This document shows, one piece after another, positions 58,389 to 64,000 of a stretch of 64,000 nt of DNA. The DNA lies in NCBI GenBank assembly GCA_963713975.1, contig OY970218.1, positions 3,520,001 to 3,584,000 of the forward strand, given 5' to 3'. The position numbers and the translations under genes are program-made. Position 1 is the first letter of the stretch; the number at the start of each line of letters is the position of its first letter. The notes beneath the pieces are model-generated. The model saw only the letters and a list, made by a program, of their open reading frames with translations, was not told the DNA's origin and made no database searches. The stretch is from an uncultured Chloroflexia bacterium (GTDB lineage Bacteria > Chloroflexota > Limnocylindria > Limnocylindrales > CSP1-4).

Positions 58389-59174
58389 TCAGGCCGGCGC
58401 GGGCTTGGCCGCAGGCCGGTGTCGAACCTCGTCCAGGAATGCGAGCGAGCGCGGGTCCCGCTCCAGCGCGATCCGCATGAACTCGCGCATCGCCCCCTCC
58501 ACCTCACGTTCCACCGCGGGCGACAGGCGGAGGGTCGCGATCGCCTCGATGTCCAGGCGCTGGTAGGCCTTGAGCAGCTTGAGCGCGTCGAGCGACAGGG
58601 CGACGCGGTCGGCCGGCGGCCCCGGGCAGCGGGCGCAGATCACGCCTCCCAGCGGCGGGACCCAGCGGAACGCCTCCGTGGCATCCAGCATCCGGTCGCA
58701 CTCCACGCAGCGGTCCACCTCGGGGCGCTGGCCCAGCTCGTCCGCGAGGTGCATCTCGTACCAGCGGGCGACGCGTCCGGGCGCCATGCCGGCATCCAGC
58801 AGTTCGTAGGCGCGGCGAAGGAGCGCGTACAGCGGCTGCGCCTCGTGGCGCTCCTCCAGGCTGCGATCCGCCAGCTCCGCCAGGTACCACGCGGTGGCGG
58901 CGCTCTCGAGGCTGTCGCGCAGGCGGAGCCAGGCGTGGCCGACGCGGACCTCGGTCACGACGTCGAATGTCCGCCCGCGGGCGAGCGCGACGGTCAGCTC
59001 GGCGAACGGCTCCAGGGAGCCGCCCAGGCGCGACGTCGGGCGGCGGATGCCCTTGGCGATCGCTTTGAGCTTGCCGTGCTCGGGGGTGACCAGGGTCAGC
59101 ACCCGGTCGGCCTCCCCCAGGTCGAACCGGGAGAGGACGATCGCATCGGTGACGTAGCGGCGCGGCGCGGGCAC
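58389..59174 (-). CDS. recO: DNA repair protein RecO
   Basis: AIVL....LGEADR..TL.T.EHGK..AIAKG.RR..SRL.G.LEPF plus a Zn finger CVEC...GGVIC..C. Confidence 0.95.
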   Translation of the reverse strand: MPAPRRYVTDAIVLSRFDLGEADRVLTLVTPEHGKLKAIAKGIRRPTSRLGGSLEPFAELTVALARGRTFDVVTEVRVGHAWLRLRDSLESAATAWYLAELADRSLEERHEAQPLYALLRRAYELLDAGMAPGRVARWYEMHLADELGQRPEVDRCVECDRMLDATEAFRWVPPLGGVICARCPGPPADRVALSLDALKLLKAYQRLDIEAIATLRLSPAVEREVEGAMREFMRIALERDPRSLAFLDEVRHRPAAKPAPA

Positions 59175-59284
59175 GCTCGGACGGTAGCACTCCCGAGCAC
59201 GGAGGTCCGGCGGCCACCGGGCCGCACCAACAGGCTACTTTCAGCGAACACGTTTAGGGTCGGACCCGGTACACTCGCTCCACC

Positions 59285-60307
59285 ATGACCGTGACGAACG
59301 ACATCGATCTCGCCCAGCTCCTGGCAGACACGGAGGCGGAGATCCTGCGCGTCGTGGGCGAGCGCGACGGCGCCACGGCCGGCGTCTACGAGATGATCCG
59401 GTACCACCTGGGGCTGGACGGATCGGACGGGCCGCGCGGCAAGCGCATGCGCCCCCTGCTGGGCCTGCTCGCCTACTCCTCGATCGCCGGCGAGCACGCC
59501 CGTGCCCTGCCCGGCGCGGCGGCCGTGGAGCTTGGCCACAACTTCAGCCTGGTCCACGACGACATCGAGGACGGAGACGTCGAGCGGCGACATCGGGCGA
59601 CCCTGTGGGCGCTCCACGGCGTGCCGCAGGCGATCAACACGGGCGACCTCATCTTCAGCCTCAGCCGCGTCGCGCTGCACCGGCTGACGGACCTGGGGTT
59701 CAGCGACGCCAAGGTCCTGCGCCTCATGCGGTTGTACGACGAGACCTGCGTCCTGCTCTGCGAGGGCCAGTACATCGACATCGCCACGTCGGCTTCCGAC
59801 GAGCCCATGACCGTCGAGCTCTACTTCGACATGATCGGGCGCAAGACGGCTGCCCTCATCTCGGGGTCCATCGAAGCCGGCGCGCTGCTTGCGACCGACG
59901 ACGAGGCGGTGATCGGCGGCTACCGCCGGTTCGGCTGGGCGCTGGGCCTTGCCTTCCAGCTCAACGACGACCTCCTGGGCATCTGGGGCGTGGAGCAGCA
60001 GACGGGCAAGGTGCCCACCGACATCGCGCGCCGCAAGAAGACCCTGCCGGTGCTCTACGCGTTCCAGCACGGCACGCCCGCGGACAGGGGGCGCCTGGCG
60101 GACCTGTACGCGGTTGCCGAGCCGGATGCGGCCGGCATCGACGAGATCGTCGCCATCCTGGAGCGGTCCGGTGCGCGCGAGTTCACCCGGTCCGAGGCGC
60201 AGCGCTACCGCGACCAGTGCCTGGCGGAGCTGGACGCCCTCACGATCGTGGACTCCGCGGCGCGTGAGCGGCTCCAGGGGATCATCGTCTCCGTCATCAG
60301 CGCGTAG
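59285..60307 (+). CDS. Polyprenyl (geranylgeranyl) diphosphate synthase
   Basis: GKRMRP, HNFSLVHDDIED.D..RR.R (FARM), INTGD, EGQ..D, KTA and AFQL.DD.LGIWG (SARM). Confidence 0.93.
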   Translation: MTVTNDIDLAQLLADTEAEILRVVGERDGATAGVYEMIRYHLGLDGSDGPRGKRMRPLLGLLAYSSIAGEHARALPGAAAVELGHNFSLVHDDIEDGDVERRHRATLWALHGVPQAINTGDLIFSLSRVALHRLTDLGFSDAKVLRLMRLYDETCVLLCEGQYIDIATSASDEPMTVELYFDMIGRKTAALISGSIEAGALLATDDEAVIGGYRRFGWALGLAFQLNDDLLGIWGVEQQTGKVPTDIARRKKTLPVLYAFQHGTPADRGRLADLYAVAEPDAAGIDEIVAILERSGAREFTRSEAQRYRDQCLAELDALTIVDSAARERLQGIIVSVISA

Positions 60308-60328
60308 CGCGTCGCGGGTCCGGCCCGG

Positions 60329-61666
60329 CTATTCGTCCTCGCCAGCCATCGACCGGTCATCGATCGAGCGCTCGCGCACCACGAGCACCTTGCCGACCCG
60401 GCGGCCGTCCGTGGTCTCCACGGTCAGGCGCAGGCCGTCCACGCGGATCTCGTCACCGGGTGCCGGCACACCGCCGATCCGGTGGTACACGAGGCCGCCG
60501 ACCGTGTCGTACTCGTCGTCGTCCTCGAGCTGCGTCCTCATGTCCCAGATCTCGAGCATGTCCTCCACGGACGCGCGGCCGTCGACGCGGGCACGATCCG
60601 GGTCGAGCTGCTCGATGAGCGGCTCCTCCTCGTCGTACTCGTCCTGGATCTCGCCCACGATCTCCTCGAGCAGATCCTCGATAGTCACCAGGCCGGCCGT
60701 GCCGCCGTACTCGTCGAGCACGATCGCGATATGGACCTTGCGGCGCTGGAACTCGTGGAGCAGGTCGTCGATGGACATGGACTCCGGGACGAACACCGGT
60801 GTCCGGAGCATGGCCCGCACGTCGGGCCGGACGGCGGCGTCGGACTTGAGGTACGGGAGCAGGTCCTTGGCGTAGAGGATGCCGACGACCTCGTCCACCG
60901 TGGACTCGTAGACCGGTACCCTGGAGTGGCCCTCCTCGATGATCGTGTCAATCGCCTCGTCGAAGGAGGAGGACACGGGCAGTGCGGCGATGGCGATTCG
61001 CGGGACCATGACCTCGTGGATGCGACGGCCACCGAGCTCGATGACGGCGTTGATCATCTGCTCCTCCTCGGCCTCCAGGATGCCCTGCTCGCCACCCCGC
61101 TCCACGATCAGCCGCAGCTCGTCCGCGGTGATCCTCGCCTCCGTGCTGACGTCGGCCCCGAGCAGGCCTGTGACCCAGCGGGTGATCCCGGTCAACAGGG
61201 CCACGATCGGCGCCACGACGCGTCCGAGCACGTCGAGCGGGGCCGACAGGGTGAGAGCGAACCGCTCCGGGTGGGCAAGCGCGAGGGTCTTGGGCACGAG
61301 CTCGGCGAAGACGATCGTGAACAGTGCCAGGAGGACCGTCACGACCACGAGGGCCATCACGTCCGCGGTGCCGGCATCCATCCCCGCGTCGGCCAGCAGC
61401 GCGCCCAGGCCCTGGCTGAGGCTGACGGCGGCGAAGGCCGACGCCAGGAAGCCGATGAACGTCAGGCCGAGCTGGCTCACGGCGAGGAAGCGGCCCGGGT
61501 CCGCAAGCATGGCCTGCACCCGGCGCGCGCCCGGCCGCTTCTCGTCCACGAGCTGCTCGACGCGGCTCCGCCGGATCGACACCAGCGCGATCTCCGCCGC
61601 CACGAAGAAGGCCTCCAGCAGGGTCAGGAGGATCAGGAACAGGATCTCGGGGATGGGAAAGCTCAC
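60329..61666 (-). CDS. HlyC/CorC (CNNM-CBS-CorC) family transporter-associated protein
   Basis: FFVAAEIALVS, ELVPK, MVPR, GHSRVPVY, VLDEYGGTAGLVTIEDLLEEIVGEI.DEYD and TVGG. Confidence 0.93.
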   Translation of the reverse strand: MSFPIPEILFLILLTLLEAFFVAAEIALVSIRRSRVEQLVDEKRPGARRVQAMLADPGRFLAVSQLGLTFIGFLASAFAAVSLSQGLGALLADAGMDAGTADVMALVVVTVLLALFTIVFAELVPKTLALAHPERFALTLSAPLDVLGRVVAPIVALLTGITRWVTGLLGADVSTEARITADELRLIVERGGEQGILEAEEEQMINAVIELGGRRIHEVMVPRIAIAALPVSSSFDEAIDTIIEEGHSRVPVYESTVDEVVGILYAKDLLPYLKSDAAVRPDVRAMLRTPVFVPESMSIDDLLHEFQRRKVHIAIVLDEYGGTAGLVTIEDLLEEIVGEIQDEYDEEEPLIEQLDPDRARVDGRASVEDMLEIWDMRTQLEDDDEYDTVGGLVYHRIGGVPAPGDEIRVDGLRLTVETTDGRRVGKVLVVRERSIDDRSMAGEDE

Positions 61667-63126
61667 CCGGCGGGATCCTCGGGCGAGGGTCCCGCGGCGG
61701 CTTCGGGATCGTTCACCGCCGGCGGCGCGGACGCGGCCTCCACGACCTGGGTGAAGCGCGGCTCGCGGATACGGGCCGGGACGCCCACGGCGAGCTTGCC
61801 CGGCGGGACGTCACGCGTGACGACGGCGCCGGCGCCGGTCTTGCTGTCGTCGCCCAGGGTCACCGGGGCGCGCAGCATCGTGTCGACACCCAGGAACACG
61901 CGCTCGCCGATCGTGGTTCGGTACTTGTGGACGCCGTCGTAGTTGGCGGTGATCGTGCCCGCACCGACGTTCGTGTCGGCGCCCACGTCGGCATCGCCGA
62001 GGTAGCTGTTGTGGTGCTGCCGGACGTGCTCGCCGAGGCGGCTGTTCTTGATCTCGGCGTAGTTCCCGATCTCCGACCGCGTCCCGATGTGCGCTCCGGG
62101 CCTGAGGTGGCTGAACGGCCCGATCGTGACCCGGTCCTCGACGGTGGAGCGCTCGATGACGCTCGCCCAGATGACGCAGTCCGCCCCGACCACCGAATCC
62201 ATGATCTGCGAGCCCGTGGCGATGCGCGTCCGCTCCCCCACCCTGGTGGCCCCGCGCAGGATCACGTTGGGCTCCAGGATCACGTCCGGGGCCAGCTCGA
62301 CGCCGTGGTCCAGGTAGACCGTGGACGGGTCGGTCATCGTGACCCCGGCCCGCATCCAGCGGTCATTGACCTCGACCCGCATGTCCCACTCGGCGCGGGC
62401 GAGCTGGGCGCGGTCGTTGATGCCGGTGAGGCGCCCGTCATCGTCGACGTCGACCACGGCCACGATCCGCCCGTCCTCGCGCGCGTAGCGCACGAGGTCC
62501 GTGAGGTACAGCTCGCCGGTGGCGGGCGATGGGCGCAGGTCGCCGATCCGGTGCCGCAGCCACGCGGAATCGAAGGCGTAGAGCCCGGCGTTGATCTCGG
62601 CGACCTGGCGCTCGTCGTCCGTGGCGTCCTTGTCCTCGACGATCCGCTCGACCGTGCCGCCCTCGTTCCGGATCACCCGGCCGAGGCCCGTGGGATCGAT
62701 GGCGTCCACCGCGACGAGCGAGATCGCCGCGTGGTCCATCGCCCGGGCCTCGAGCAGACCCAGGAGCAGGTCCGCGCGGACCAGCGGCACGTCGCCAGAG
62801 ACCACGAGGATGTCCGCGACGTCGTCGTCCAGCATGTCGAGCGCGGCCCGGAGCGCGTCGCCCGTTCCGCGCGGCTCATCCTGGATGGCCGTGTCGGCCC
62901 GATCGATGACCACGGCGCGGATGGCCTCGGTCGCCGGCGAGACCACCACCATCGGCCGGGATCGTGTCGCGGTGATGGCGGCGTCGAGGACGTAGTCGAC
63001 CATGGGGCGCCCGCAGATCGGGTGCAGCACCTTGGGCAGGTTCGACTTCATCCGGGTTCCCAGGCCCGCGGCCAGCACCACGGCGACCGTGCGGCGCGGG
63101 AACGTGGATGTATTCGGGGTGGTCAC
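61663..63126 (-). CDS. glmU: Bifunctional UDP-GlcNAc pyrophosphorylase / GlcN-1-P acetyltransferase
   Basis: LAAGLGTRMKS.LPKVLH, RGTGDA, EIN.G.Y, ELYLTD, GPFSHLRPG and SYLGDA.VG..TNVGAGTITANYDG. Confidence 0.96.
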   Translation of the reverse strand: MTTPNTSTFPRRTVAVVLAAGLGTRMKSNLPKVLHPICGRPMVDYVLDAAITATRSRPMVVVSPATEAIRAVVIDRADTAIQDEPRGTGDALRAALDMLDDDVADILVVSGDVPLVRADLLLGLLEARAMDHAAISLVAVDAIDPTGLGRVIRNEGGTVERIVEDKDATDDERQVAEINAGLYAFDSAWLRHRIGDLRPSPATGELYLTDLVRYAREDGRIVAVVDVDDDGRLTGINDRAQLARAEWDMRVEVNDRWMRAGVTMTDPSTVYLDHGVELAPDVILEPNVILRGATRVGERTRIATGSQIMDSVVGADCVIWASVIERSTVEDRVTIGPFSHLRPGAHIGTRSEIGNYAEIKNSRLGEHVRQHHNSYLGDADVGADTNVGAGTITANYDGVHKYRTTIGERVFLGVDTMLRAPVTLGDDSKTGAGAVVTRDVPPGKLAVGVPARIREPRFTQVVEAASAPPAVNDPEAAAGPSPEDPAG

Positions 63127-63291
63127 GGGGTCCGGTGCCGCACGTCTGGCATTCGTGCCGCGGCAGCCGCCGAAACGGCGGCGCCGGCGCCCGGGAGGGT
63201 CAAGTGGATCGACATGTGAGGCAGGCCGATTCTGGGGTGGCTCACTGGGGGTGTCAACCGACGCCTCCGGAGCCCGCGGCGCGTGGTGGCG

Positions 63292-63678
63292 TCATCCGTG
63301 GACACGACGGGCGATCGCCTCGATCTCCACGAGGCCTCCCTTGGGCAGCGCCGCGACCTGCACGGTGGACCGCGCGGGGGGCGGCACCGGCATGAACCGC
63401 CCGTAGATCGCATTCACGGCGGCGAAGTCCGCGATGTCCGCGAGGAAGATCGTGGTCTTCACCACGTCGGACCAGCCCAGCCCTGCGGCATCGAGCACCG
63501 CCGAGAGGTTGCGCATCGATCGCTCGGCCTGTGCCTCAACGCCCTCCACCATGTCTCCCGTCGCCGGGTCGAGGCCCAACTGTCCGCTGCAGAAGAGGAG
63601 CCCGTCGACGGCGATAGCCTGGCTGTAGGGGCCGATGGCAGCGGGCGCGCCACTGGTGGCGATGGCCTGGCGGGTCAT
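63292..63678 (-). CDS. ridA: RidA family reactive-intermediate deaminase
   Basis: APAAIGPYSQA, SGQ, VVKTTIFL, F..VN.IY and PARSTVQVAALPKGGLVEIEAIA. Confidence 0.94.
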   Translation of the reverse strand: MTRQAIATSGAPAAIGPYSQAIAVDGLLFCSGQLGLDPATGDMVEGVEAQAERSMRNLSAVLDAAGLGWSDVVKTTIFLADIADFAAVNAIYGRFMPVPPPARSTVQVAALPKGGLVEIEAIARRVHG

Positions 63679-64000
63679 GGGTTCCTCCGGTGATCCTGTT
63701 CGGCACGGCGATCGTGGCTCGGGGGGATGATGCGGGTAGCCGCGACGAACGGTTCGCGCGGGCCCGGTGCGGTCAGGTCGCCGGCGGTGATCGCCGCACG
63801 GACGGCGTCGGCGGCGACTGCAGCCTCGGCATGTGAAGGATAGAGCGCCCAGTGCGTGGGGCCGGAGCCGGAAACGCCGACCGGCCGGCCAAGGAGGCGC
63901 AGCAGGGCCCGCTTGAACGGGACGAGCCCGGGCTCGACGACCGCGGCGGCGGGCGCCAGATCGTTGGCGGAGGCGAGCACGGACGCCCGTGCCAGCAGGT
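63675..64000 (-). CDS. ispE: Partial 4-diphosphocytidyl-2-C-methyl-D-erythritol kinase (C-terminus)
   Basis: GHMP C-terminal motifs ANDL and SGSGPT. Sits upstream of ridA-glmU, and the start lies beyond the window. Confidence 0.78.
   Translation of the reverse strand, partial: LLARASVLASANDLAPAAAVVEPGLVPFKRALLRLLGRPVGVSGSGPTHWALYPSHAEAAVAADAVRAAITAGDLTAPGPREPFVAATRIIPPSHDRRAEQDHRRNP

Noticed and set aside
60329-61666. 'Hemolysin' as a CIS-related toxin
   Set aside because: It is a CNNM/CBS/CorC-family housekeeping protein coupled to glmU, far from the CIS.

Overview
Very GC-rich (about 70% or more by eye) bacterial chromosome segment. PlsY, homodimeric GlyQS, PPDK and frequent leaderless starts suggest a Gram-positive-type lineage such as Chloroflexota; this is inference only. 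The left half (about 1-29.2 kb) is a contractile injection system (eCIS/CIS) locus with gene order like the Streptomyces/actinobacterial cytoplasmic CIS. It encodes an AAA+ ATPase, DUF4255 terminator, sheath, two tubes, a chaperone pair, a tape-measure-like protein, LysM initiator, VgrG, PAAR-like tip, gp25, baseplate proteins, a CisA-like membrane adaptor with a roughly 200-residue (PE/PV)n rod, and LuxR- and BTAD-type regulators. Its cargo cassette is mirror-arranged: two paralogous annexin-repeat zinc-metalloprotease effectors, each followed by a paralogous putative immunity gene, flank a stand-alone DUF4157 gene. A phage-style -1 frameshift signal (GGGGGAA plus a 13-bp hairpin) links the tail-chaperone gene to a short gene missing from the ORF track. 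The right half is metabolic or housekeeping: ppdK, fpr, nfnAB, glyQS, a large glycerol/dihydroxyacetone cluster, then panE, plsY, ptsH, a dipeptidase, an F420 PPOX protein, recO, a polyprenyl synthase, a CorC/HlyC protein, glmU, ridA and partial ispE. The glycerol cluster has three DhaL and two DhaM paralogs, a degenerate DhaL coupled to a two-component system, glpF-dhaKL-glpK, glpABC, and a second short GlpA co-operonic with SdhB/C/D-like subunits but no SdhA. All domain calls come from motif recognition by eye, not database searches.
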